Positions 43,001 to 60,150 of a DNA stretch of 64,000 nucleotides are shown here, one piece after another. Source of the DNA: Chrysomallon squamiferum (taxonomy: Eukaryota > Animalia > Mollusca); contig CM022667.1 of assembly GCA_012295275.1 (NCBI GenBank), positions 20,026,001 through 20,090,000 on the forward strand, in the 5' to 3' direction. Under the pieces are notes generated by a model. The model ran no database searches. It was not told the origin of the DNA and worked only from the letters and a program-made list of their open reading frames with translations. The translations under genes were made by a program, and so were the position numbers. Each line of letters begins with the position of its first letter. Position 1 is the first letter of the stretch.

Positions 43001-46000
43001 ATAATATTCAACCAAAATTATAAAATATTTCCTAATTATTTTTAAAAAAAAGATAAAAACAGAAATTATATTCACCTCTTCTTTGCTGGTGTTTGAACCA
43101 AACACTGTCCACATGTCAATGCAGCCTGGCAGTTCAAATGTTGTCACAACCTGTGGCCTGATGCTTCTCTGTAAGAAAACAAATCTCAATGATTCCTGCA
43201 TGCATCACCTCACTTCTAGTGTTAGTAAAATATCAAACATATTACACTAACACAAACTCAGAGACACCTCTGTTTTTTAAATGAACACATCTGAATATAA
43301 TTATTTAGCTTACATAAAATATATAATATTCACAATACTGAGCCATTCATATTCAAACTATTACATGATCTTTCACATCTGAAATAATTATAAAGAATTA
43401 GAAAACATAAAACAGATGGTAATAGACATTTAAATTACCTCACAAAAAATGCATAATTATCTCTAAAAATCTGTGTCAAAATAAAGACTGATGTGGCTTA
43501 CAAGAAATTCCTTTTGAAAGTCTAAAGGTGCTAAAATTACATTTAGTAAAAAAAATCAAATCTAATAAAAAAAAATAATCTCACAAACCTGAAGGACTGA
43601 AAGTGCCCCATTTTTCCCATAACCTGAGGTTGTAACTAGTTCAAGGTCAGGGTCAACTGTGCTACTGAACTCTTCTGAGAGGAAGGCTGGATCTCCCATC
43701 TGTATCTGTCCACATGGCGCAATGTTCCAGATGTTATCACATACCTACATAACAGACAGATCAATGTTAAAGCCAATGTTTCTGTAAACAGATTACCTTA
43801 CCACACAAAGTGATAAATATTTATACTATTAATATCAAAGTCAAAATATTTTTGTTTTAAAGTTAAGCAATAATGTTACCTTCAATGACAAGCAATAAAA
43901 ATCATTATCTTTTATTTTGATAAATAACTGCTGATGTCATCTCAGTCATCTTCATGAAATGTAACATTTGTTACTGGGTTTATTTTCTATTTTTATTTAT
44001 TTATTTTTTAATAAGAAATAAACCTACCCCAGGGCTATCTGAATTAAAACTGTTAGCATACTAAATTGGCACTTAGTATTCTCCAATAAAATAGATATAT
44101 GGGTAGGTTACTATGTTTTGGAAACACCAGTTACAGTATGTTTCATCTAAATAATTACTTGTTCTGAACAATAAAAATAAAAATAAAAACTCACCTCAAA
44201 GACATACGAAGTAATAGTCGTAGGTCCTTGATTCTCACTGCTACCATAGACCTCCAAGTCTAAATTTTCTATTTCTGAGACATCAGAGGCTGAAAACAAA
44301 ATTACAGTTTATACCATCTCAAAATTTGGTTATAAGTTTTGCAGTGTTATATATGGTATTTTAAAACTGACAAAGCCAAGCCTCTTCATTAATAACATTT
44401 ATATTTTTAAATCAGAACTAAAAACAACCTCATAGTATTACAATCTGCACATCAATCAATTTGCATTTTTAATGTTTTTTCTTGTGTCAGTAAATGTATT
44501 TTAACAAGCACACTTCAGACTATATGAATAAAATCATCTCTATTATAAATATATACATATAATACATATATGCACGCTTATATATATACATATGTGTACA
44601 AATTTTTTTTAAACAAGTTTTATATATAAATATAAAACATTTAAAGCTAGTAATTTTTGCAAAGATATATGTATCTGGTATATACCAAGCTGATCAGCCC
44701 CTTCACCTCTCCTCTTCTTAGCAGCAGGTTCACCCTAACAAAAACATATAAAAACTTCATGTAATTAACAAGTTTCAGTAGAGATGACACATTATGTTCA
44801 TATTCACATTCATATTCATATACAGATATCCATTTCAAAAATTTGTTTTAAACAATGAATATCTGTTTATCAAAATGTGAAAATAAGGATAGTTTGGGAG
44901 TGATATGTACATCAGTTCTTAAGATGATATTACACCTGGGGAACTCTTTCCTCAGATATTCTAAGTAATGAAAACAGCTGTTTCTCATTTACCCTAAATG
45001 ATGTAAAAAGTTGTTTTTTTCATCTACGGTAAAGAGCAAAAAAAAACTTACTGATTTTTTGTCAGCTTCACTTTTGTCAATTTTATCCTGGGCTTTTTCA
45101 TTGTATTTTAACAAAAGTGAGTTTCCAAGTCGAGATCCAAGGAAAAGAAAACCATCATCACACAAACACATCTAAAATGAATTTGTTTTCCACATATAAC
45201 ATATAGAGAGATTATATTACTACAAACATAACAGTTGCTCAGTAAAAGTAATTATTATAAAGCACTGACTGAATATTTGTAATTTATTAATATAATTACA
45301 ATTATAGAAAGATTTTCTGCAAGTACAAATTCTAACACTGTGATATATTTTATTCTCAATAAGACTGCATTTATAATAATTGATGATTTAAATAAATTTT
45401 TAACAGAAACTGACATTTTCTTATTTAAAAAGAAGTGAGAACTATTTAAAATAAATAGTAATACACTAATTATTCTTACACAAGTTGTAAGGACACTTGA
45501 AGCAGCTTTGTCAAAATGGAAACTTCTCACAGATCGCATTCCATCTACAACCAGTGTTAATACAAACCTAGAAAAAGCAACCGATGTGTACAAAGCATGA
45601 TTAAATATCTGCTTATATATTATCATGAATCATTTTCAACCATTTCTTTATCATAAACCAACTGAATGTGTTAAAACAGGTATTTAAATTTAATTCTAAA
45701 TGAAAACATCAATTTATTTTTTGATTATTATTGTATCTGCTATAAATTTAATCTTTATTATTTTCGTCTGTCTGAAGAGGTTAAAAAAAAAAGGATTATC
45801 TGATGTAGTAAAATATTATGTATTTACAATTCTCCTCCTTTTAGTGAGAGCACCAGTCTGTCATAAGAAATGAGACAAGCCTGGGCACAATCAAGTGCCA
45901 GCTTGACATCTTGACGACCTGAAATCAAACAAGTTGTGAAAAGTATTCCATGGAAACAAAAATATGATTTTGGAACCATGTTATTTGTACTGAGAAAATG

Positions 46001-49000
46001 AAAACAAAGAGAATTAAAACATTAAAATAATCCAAACATCTGAGAATCATTGTTCTGTAGAAAAATGATAATACTAAATCATATCATCTTAACATTTTAA
46101 TTTGTCTTTTAAATAGATCAAATTCCAAAAGCCAAATGAATATCTTAAGAACCTCTTACTTTCAAGTAAATAAAGAGTAATTATATTTCAAGAAGTGTTG
46201 TAATTTTGTTATTATTAATAACTGATAATTATCTATCCACATCACAGTTTTAGGTAAAAGTAATAAAATAGTACACGACTGTTGTGAAACACAAACACAA
46301 GACAAACGAGCTGGCATACTTACGCAGTGGAAATGAAGAACTCACATCAACAAAACTGTTCAGTGAGACTCCATAAGGTGGAACACTTTGATTCAGATAC
46401 AGCAGAGAGTTGACAGCAAACACCAAAACACCACCTGAAACCAAAAACTTTACAATTTTATATTTCTCTAACAATCTTTTTGTCATTTATACATGTTTCA
46501 GTTTTTACTTCATTCTTGAAAATTCATTCAAATGGTACATTCAAGTTATTTTTCATAATGTTATGTTAAAAGTAATAAAAATAAGATAACATATTTAAAC
46601 AGAAAAAAGTTTGTATATAAATAATAATTGTTTAACAAATAAAATCAGATATTTATATTTATTGCATAGAAAAAGAAAATTAGCAAAATAATTATGTACA
46701 ACTAAAGCAACCATTATTTATCAATTTATTATTTTTATATATATATCTATATTAAACAATACTACAGAAAAGATAATTATAACAACCAAAAAAATCCTGA
46801 CATATCTGTTATAAGACTATGCGTATGCTTTATAGCAGTAATGAATTAATTAATTTAAGGATGTCATTATTCACCTATAGGTTTGGGAATTGACAAGGCC
46901 ATGAAACAGTCAAAAGGCAGACAACTTAGTGACCAGATCACTGGATGGACTTTCTGCTGCAAATTCAGTGAAATGGCCACAATACTGCATGTGTCTGTCC
47001 GAACAGCAGTACGACTAAAACAAAGTTTTAAAGATACATAATTACTAGTGAAGAAAATCAAATAAATAAATAAATAAATAAATAAATATGAGAAAATAAA
47101 CATTAAAATATTTATATTCATTCTATTATTAGTTTCCTTTCTTGTTTTCTTTTGTTCAATTTTTTAATTATAGCATTTTGCTGTACAACATGAAACATTT
47201 GAAACAAAAATATAGAGAAAATTTGGAATGGTAAAACTAATTTTTGACTACAACTTATACATACCCAGCCCATGTCATGAGTGGTTCATACAGAATGAAT
47301 ATTGTGGGTTCGTAATAACCATGAAGAAACTGGAAATCCTTAACATTAGTTATTTTCTCATCAAATTTGCGCAGGTCGATCATGTACGAAGACAGAATGG
47401 GTGATTTTGACTGGACACTAGAAAATAACATTTAAAATGTATTTATAAGTCACTAACTCAAAGAAACAAACAAACAAAACCGCTGATAAATATCTGAATA
47501 TTGTCTATAATTACTGCCCCTTTTAGAATGAATTAAATACATCAATCATTTTTTCAAAATGTTACTAGAAAAAGTAAGTCTGTAATTATAAATACAAATA
47601 CAAGGCTTATACTGTAAAGTAATAATTCATTGTAAATTTTTCTACCATGTGAATTTGAATGATGATTATATTTATATATTTTAAAGTTACTATCAACTTG
47701 TCTTAAATTCTTAGAAAATTCAGAAATATTTGTAAATTTGAGTACAAATTAATATAAAAAAGAAGCAATAAATCAAAGTTATGCAAGAAATCATACTTTG
47801 TTTACACAGCTCTAAAAAAAAAAAAAAAAAAACAATAAAGAAATAAAGAAGAATTTAAAAGTTTAACTTACGATCCACCATAAAGAGAATCCAAGTTTTC
47901 CACCACTACGTCTCTGCGGAATGGCAGAATGACCATGCGTGTTCCAAACGCAAGCATCGCAGCACACCGACCGTCTGGGTCCACACGCACAGTGGGAATA
48001 AAATGTGGATTGAAGAAGCCATCCTACAAAAAAAAAAAAAAAAAAAAATTTACGTCTGGATTAATTTATTAAATGAAATAACTCATTAAATTAGTCATAA
48101 TATTTGAACAAAATAAGTGAAAAATGTTTCTCTGTCTAATCCATAATATCTGTAATGACTTCTTAAAATATAATTTCTAAAACTACTGTGCAAAGTTATT
48201 AATTGAAATTTGTAGTTTATAGATTCATATATACAAATACATTAATGAATGGCTAGCAATTTCTTTTCAAGAAGACTTTTTAATGAATTTATGCCCAATC
48301 ACTGACTGAACAAGAATTATTTTTTGCAATACTAACTTTGAGATCAATTTCTTCAAACTGGTGCAGAGAAGACGTTTTTAGATCATGTGTCCCCACATCA
48401 TATTCTAAAACTGAAAGCTGGACAAAAATAATAAAAGATAATTAAAAAAGAAATAAATATTTATATGAACTTAAAGTATAGATAAACTATAACACAATAT
48501 GTAGATTTAAATTAATATGGTTTGAAACTAGAAATCTAAAGATGAAAAACAAAAATCATTTTTAAAATTAAAAACATTTTGGTAAATCAATTGTCAATAG
48601 TTTAATATAAAACAATCATTAAGATGAATTAAACATTTTCACTGCAAAACAACAAAAATTATACATGTTTATGTCTGTTGCATCAAAATCATTTGAATGT
48701 CTTCTCAATGCCAAAATAAATTTTAAATTACAATCCACCATAGAGAGAATCCAAATTTTCCATTACTATATCTCTTTGGAATGGCAGACTAACATAACTT
48801 GATAATTAAATTAGTTTGAAAATGATTGTGCCTACTGCATTGATCTAACAATCCTTACTTATATAAAACTTGAAACCTCTGAAAACTATTTTTTCTTATT
48901 CTCTGTTCATCAGAGATTTCTTGGCAGGAACATACTATTCATTCAGGACACAAAAATCAATATTTTAAAAACAAATGCAGCTTTAGACAAACCTTAGCAT

Positions 49001-50093
49001 CAGCAAAACTCAACAACAAAGCATCCCTCTGTGATCCAGCCAACTTGACAGTCTGCAGTGACATGATGTTCCCAAACAAACTGAAACTCCCAAGACATTC
49101 CAGGCGAATCTTCCGCTCTGAAACAAACAACAATTCCTAATTATTTATTTAAAATTTGTTTATTTAAAATTTCTTTATGTTAACAAATATAAGTTGAAGG
49201 TACCAAACATTAAAGACTTGTGTACAGAATAAGATAAATATGACATTTTATTTATTTTAAATAACCGTTAGTTAGAAATTATTTCATATTGCACACAAAT
49301 TTTTATTTATTTAATAGTAAACTGTGAATCTTGTATGAATTCATTATTTTTCTATTTCATAAAAATTCCTGTAAATAAATTTAATAAGCACATTAAAAAA
49401 CAAAAATAAACCACCTGCAGTTTTATCATCTTGAACTGAAACACCAATCTGAAAAGAACAAATTGTGTAAACTTAGTTTAAAACTTAACAATTACTTGTT
49501 ATACAATAACTGTCTGAGAAAGAATTATTTAAAATTATAATTTCTTACAATAATAATGACAAAATAAATCAAAACTATAATTACATTATGTAAACAATAT
49601 ATAAAAATATAAATTTGTCACTACAGATATATTCAGTATATTAATGTATATGTACTGGTTACCTTCACTGATCAAGCAGTTATTGTATTGTGTGCTAGTA
49701 AATACTTGGCAATGTTATTTTTTTAAATATATTAATTGGCATATAATCAAGATATAGTACTGATGTTTAAAAGGAAATCATAAAATTATGTTACAAGTTA
49801 TCCTCATATATCACCAAAACTGCTTCTAAATACATTACTGATCACTAAACATACATAGAAATTTCAACAATGTTTTAAAAAAATGTAACGAAATATATTA
49901 AAATATTGAAAATCATAATTTATTATAATAATAGTTAGTAGTTGCCCACCTCTGGTTCACTGTTAAGTCTGTAGACATGAAGTTGATTTACACCAGCTAT
50001 AATCAAATTCTTTTCCCAAGAATTGTAGAAGTTGCAGTAAACACAGTGCTCAATTCCAGTTGGAGGATGAATCTGCTTAAAAACTGAATACAT
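32279..50093 (-). CDS. CPSF1: Cleavage and polyadenylation specificity factor subunit 1 (CPSF160), ~1443 aa; one 1-nt frame break in exon 27
   Basis: 38 coding exons: 49950-50093, 49415-49448, 48993-49117, 48337-48417, 47872-48023, 47265-47417, 46875-47014, 46324-46434, 45828-45918, 45480-45567, 45052-45171, 44686-44734, 44195-44289, 43589-43744, 43076-43168, 42894-42983, 42500-42641, 42121-42299, 41552-41691, 41131-41226, 40745-40820, 40522-40631, 40088-40199, 39188-39439, 38700-38852, 38224-38340, 37857-37948, 37433-37517, 36985-37126, 36566-36634, 36097-36180, 35422-35598, 35001-35067, 34624-34671, 34237-34389, 33664-33793, 32955-33093, 32279-32326. Starts [16 protein letters not shown]; motifs [41 protein letters not shown]; ends [15 protein letters not shown]. 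An acceptor at ~50105 implies upstream 5'UTR exon(s). Confidence 0.95.
35196..35255 (-). mobile_element. Short SINE fragment (5' part of the same family) in a CPSF1 intron
   Basis: cagcctttgataaaccaactgaggagca..gggaaatgactcagtgggt resembles the recalled family consensus segment on the tRNA-head side. Confidence 0.35.
39953..40027. repeat. (CA)n microsatellite in a CPSF1 intron
   Basis: Directly visible. Confidence 0.95.
48732..48795 (-). repeat. Decayed copy of the 3' part of CPSF1 exon 5 inside CPSF1 intron 3
   Basis: atccaccatagagagaatccaaattttccattactatatctctttggaatggcaga (48733-48788) aligns without gaps to atccaccataaagagaatccaagttttccaccactacgtctctgcggaatggcaga (47873-47928). Confidence 0.85.
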
Positions 50094-50805
50094 ATTTGTT
50101 TTACCTGCAATAAAAGATTATGTTCAACTTTTTAAATATTCATTTAATTTTAAAAAATGATTTTTTGGTGGAAATTTTTAAAGTTTATTCCAATGTTTGA
50201 TAAATACAAATGATATGAAGAGAACACTGGTAATTAGTAATAAATTTATTATGATTATCTCTCATGACGTGAAACAGCTATTCATAAATGTTAATACTAC
50301 TAATGACAAAGATCATGATTCTTATTTCTATATATACAGTCATAACATATCAGCAGCAATTGTAATTAACTTAGTTTACATAGTTAATACATTCTTCTAA
50401 TTAATTTCACAATCTAGATGGTCTACATGATAACACAAGCCACAACACTATCATAATCATTCATGAAATTCTTTATGCCATGTGATATTTAAACACAATG
50501 ATTAACAGTACTACATCAAATATTATCTGAAAACAAAATGTGGTGGACTTTTCTTTCTATAGATCTATATAATTATATGTCTACTCTTACTTCTGTGTAC
50601 TGTTCTTAATTGTTATAATAAATGCAGCCAATAATTAGCATTTTTTATACTGCCAGATGTAAGTAACACACCATATTTTTATCTTTGGTAGTTGAAGAAA
50701 AATAATTTAAGTGACTGATTTCAACATTTACCTTGAAATTTGTTATTCTTTTGGTATCATCATTTCTCATTACAACCTGCATATGTAGGTTAATTTCTTT
50801 GCTTG

Positions 50806-50862
50806 CAAATGAGCTGAAGTAGTAATATTCACTATTATTATTGTTGTTTATAAATGAGCTGA

Positions 50863-50930
<68 letters not shown>

Positions 50931-50990
50931 TATTAATAATATTATTATTATTGTTTTCAAATGAGCTGAAAGAATAATATTTATTATTAT
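50806..50990. repeat. Three-unit minisatellite (aaatgagctgaa core) with an internal (AAT)n expansion
   Basis: aaatgagctgaa at ~50807, ~50852 and ~50959; (AAT)n at 50863-50927. Confidence 0.8.
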
Positions 50991-52398
50991 AGTTTTTTTT
51001 AATGAATAATATATTTAAAATACATATGAATTAGATTCTAAACATGATTAAAAGTTTTTCACATGAATTCTGTTATAATTAGCCAGAACAAATACTGACA
51101 AAATAATATGAAAAAGAGCACACAACAGAAATAAGTTCACCTGCAGCCCACATAACCTTGAAGTTAAACATGCTATTAATCTATTATCAAATATTTTTTA
51201 TTGGGGGTTCATAATTTATATCATACCTTCAGCGTAAGCTTTTCATTATAAATATATTAAAGTTTCTAATAGATGGTTTTAGGAAACACTGTGACTCACC
51301 TGCTTTATGTTAAATGTAAATACAATCCTCCCCCCCCCAAAAAAAAAACCAACAACATTGTTGCATTGATACTTCAAGGAGACACGTCCATCTGACATGC
51401 CAGTTAGATGATTACATAATAACCTTCTTTCAAAATATTTGTACTAGCTGCATAATCATGAATAATGAAAAAGAAAAAGGCTTTGGATTCGTTAGACTAG
51501 ATTTTTTTACATCAAAACACAACACAACCGAAAAAGCAGTGTGTGAGTGTTACCAATGTTTTGGACATTTTTATAATAAAACTGGTCATCCCTATCCGAA
51601 AGGTTCTGGATGTGGACATTACAAAATATCTGAATATGTCGTGACACATCTGACATTCACATTGTTTTGGTCAGATATTGAATCATATTCATAAAATGAT
51701 AAACTCGTATCATAAAAATATGACATAAACTACACCTTTTCTCATCGGGTGGCTATTAATGCAATTCAGCTTCCATGTGATTGTAGAAACAGTGCTCTTT
51801 GCATTTCAGTATAAACATTTAATATCGTTCAATTTTTAATGAAAGAAAATTAAATAGTAAGTGCTTACTTTTATAGTCACCGAGCCACAGAAACTCACTG
51901 CTACTCAGTACTTAAACTTTAAATAGGTATTAGATCTAAATGAATGTTGAACAGTAGTTTCATTTTAACAGTTAACAAAGACTGAACATAAACTTTCACT
52001 AAATATTGTCTTAAAATACCTGCTTGAATGCACCCACAAAATGTAAATTCACAGTATATTGGATTCAAACTTAAAATCCGCGTTTCCTTTGGAGGCTGAC
52101 ATAACTGCTTGGTACAGTGTAATTTCGTGCTACATTTTTGGAGCACCAAACAAAAAGAATTAATTCAGTGCTTTTAAGACTGTTTCTTTCGTCCGTTCAT
52201 TTTTCATATCTTCTTGGTTTTGTTTTTATTTGTTAAACTATGGATTTAATACTGTTTGCTTTCTCTTCAAAAATTGCTTCGACAACGCAGAATTTATTTA
52301 CTTTTTCAACTGTTTTGGTTTATTCAATTCACAGTACATATAATACGATTTGGATATATTTTACACCTAATTTTTAATTCTTAACATATGATAAAAAA

Positions 52399-52434
<36 letters not shown>

Positions 52435-53344
52435 GGTTGTGTCAACAAATAAACTACATTCCATAAAAAATTTGATTTATTTGTTGTTTTATTAATAAAA
52501 TCCTTAAAATGGGCGTGACCATCCATTGATAAATATTTCCTTTTCCTTTTCTTTCTTTCTTTCTTCTTCATTTATTATTTTTGTTGTTATTGTTATTGTT
52601 ATAATTATTATGCATTTTATGAAATTTAGGGAGAAAGCGACGCCTGTTTAGCTTTGCTCGTAAACATGCATGCTGTTTTATAATTAAATGAAGCTAAAAA
52701 GATAGGAATGTATAATTTTATACGATCATTGATGATTTTCCGTAGACTCAAATACCGGTTCACGTATATATTAGTCCTGCGGACGGTGTCAGAGACAAAA
52801 GAGAAGCCCTTTGGTGGATAAATTATCACACAAAACTCGCCATATTTTAAAATTTAAAAACTATCTTTAAAAGTTAGTTATGGCGTATTTGTCTGTGAAA
52901 GGGTATTACGGATCATGAAACAGAACTTTAATTATTTGCATATATCGGCTGTTAAACATAAAGGCAGTTTATTTACTTATTATATTTAATACTTGTCGTA
53001 TTTAATATTTGTCTTTGATTTATCTTTTCTCAATTACAGATCTAGATAATCTCAAGATTACATACATATATTATATAAAATTAGTACTTTAATAAAATAT
53101 AGTTAGAATGGCAAAAGAAGCGAATCTACAGAAACAGATTTTCATAAATAACTGGATTTTACAAAGACGATATTATTTATCTTCGTCATAAATTTTATCT
53201 TGTACTTTTTGAAAATGAATCACGGTAACGTTCAAATTCCTGCATTTTCAGGCAGGTACGTCGTCTATGTTATGATAATGGTTATCGACCACCTATAGCG
53301 CGAGAACCTACCGACATAAACCGATGTCAAAGTTGAAACGTTGT

Positions 53345-53415
53345 CCAATGATATTAGAATATATCACGTGACTCACGGTATATAAGGGAGAAAAACGACA
53401 GATTCGACCTCTTTC
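53345..53415 (+). promoter_or_regulatory. AHCY core promoter: CCAAT, E-box/AP-1, TATA and TCT-like initiator
   Basis: CCAAT 53345-53349; TCACGTGAC 53364-53372 overlapping TGACTCA 53369-53375; TATATAAG 53379-53386; pyrimidine tract CCTCTTTC 53408-53415 about 30 nt downstream; ATG at 53453. Confidence 0.65.
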
Positions 53416-53452
53416 GAGTTTGACACGTGTAGTCGAGTATAGTAAACGGAAC

Positions 53453-58216
<4,764 letters not shown>

Positions 58217-59974
58217 GTCACTGTTTATTTACGTATCCCAGAATATACTTTTTAAAACAAATTGTATCTGTGACTCTGACAACTGTAATTTAAAAATTGG
58301 AAAATAAAATTCAGATAAAAAAAACTGATAAATAATAGCTTATGGTATAATGTTGTGTTGACTATATATAAGGATGATATAAAACTGTCTCACTTTATTA
58401 ATTTTTTTATTAGTGGTGTTAATAATTACTAACTATATAACATACTTTATTAGTGATTTAAAAGTCATACTTTTTTTAAATTTAAACTGGAGTTGTTTCC
58501 CTTATCATTCGAATAAATATTTTTGAGGGGAGAAAATAAAAGGGAGATGTTCAGAAACAACATTCAGATCTTATAATTATGTCTTTGAAAAAATACTGTG
58601 TAACCAAGTACAAATCAACTACAACAAATATTTTATTTAGGAATTCCAATTTTCTGATATTTAAAACTTTAGTCTTTAAAATGTTTTATGCTACAGACTT
58701 TTTTTATGCAAACAAATCATGGAATTTGATATATACACATCCATTCCTATTTTGGTACTTGATGAACCATGTAAACTGTTAAATTTGTGTTGGTGCATGC
58801 TTGTTGATTTAATTTATATACAAAAACTATGAATGTTTTTATATATGTAAAAAATAAAATTAAACACAACTGTGATGTTGTTGCATTTCTTTAAAACAAG
58901 TGTCAAATTATTTTTACATATAAATGTTTTTGGAACAGTGTTTTTGTACAAGGTGTTTGAAATTCTTGTAAAATAAATCTGTGACATCACTTTGTTTTAT
59001 TTCATTATTTTTTCAGTAATAGTGACTATTCCATAATTGTTGATAAAAGGGTTTAACCATACACTTCATATATTTAAAAAAATGATTTGCCTGAAGCAGT
59101 TACTATTTATTATTCAGAAATGGATGTACCGTGTCTTTACTTGAAACATGGTTATTCAAAACTGGCATTGATTTACATCATGGCATTGCATGGATCAATA
59201 TATATTTTCAAATCATGAAAGTGAACAGCTAAAATTTGTATAATACATTAATATAAAATTTCACATTAATATCTACACCCATAAATACAAATGGAATTTT
59301 TTATATTAATTTTTTAATTTGACTATAGATACTTGAAGGTATTTTGGATGTGTAAAAGACAATTTTATTTAAATTTAATAAAACATTCCCATAGAAAGTA
59401 AATTTACTTAATTTTGAAATCCCTTGATGTTTATTATTAAAGCTTAATTTGTCTGATACGGCTTAAAAACATGATTTAATGGGTATATGTCAGTAAAACT
59501 TAAAATATGCCAAAAGAATTGCTTTCAGCAAATATTTCATGATTGTCAACTAAATACAATGAATATACACATTTGTACCACTTTGTCCACGTTTTAATAG
59601 ATTAGGCATTACTATCCAAACTGTTTAACAAATTAAGTGATAAAATTGTCAAAAACAGGAGTGATACCAAAAGGATGATTAACGTGTGCCTTTTGGTGAA
59701 ACAAAATAAAATAAAGAAATGATTAATTAAAAAGGACATTTATAAAACAACTTAGAGGTATGCAGAATATATTTAATTTGTTTATTATTATTATTACTTA
59801 TATCACGAAATTTAACATATACTGCATGTATCCAAAATACACATTTATGATTTATTTTTCTTTATTTCTTTATTTACACTTACTTGTTCTTTTAATTTTT
59901 AATTTATTTATTTCTTTATTTTTTTATATCCCCTTCAAATCTTAATTAACAACGAAGTATAAAAATCAGACGTT

Positions 59975-60150
59975 TCTGCAGTCATGGCGTCATCACAAGA
60001 CAGACTAACTGAAGAAAAAAAAATTAACGTGCTAATCAGAGCGAGCTGTTGCGATGCATGGCTCGCTCTCTGACAAGCCAGAGGGCGTGTCTGTCGCATC
60101 ATTACCTAGTTTCTCTAACTTAAAGTGCCTAATACGCAGTGACGTCATAC
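59975..60150. promoter_or_regulatory. CpG-retaining non-coding island with a CRE site upstream of the GSE1-like gene
   Basis: TGACGTCA at 60140-60147, TGGCGTCA at ~59986 and a GC-rich hairpin at 60036-60073 in otherwise very AT-rich DNA. Confidence 0.4.
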
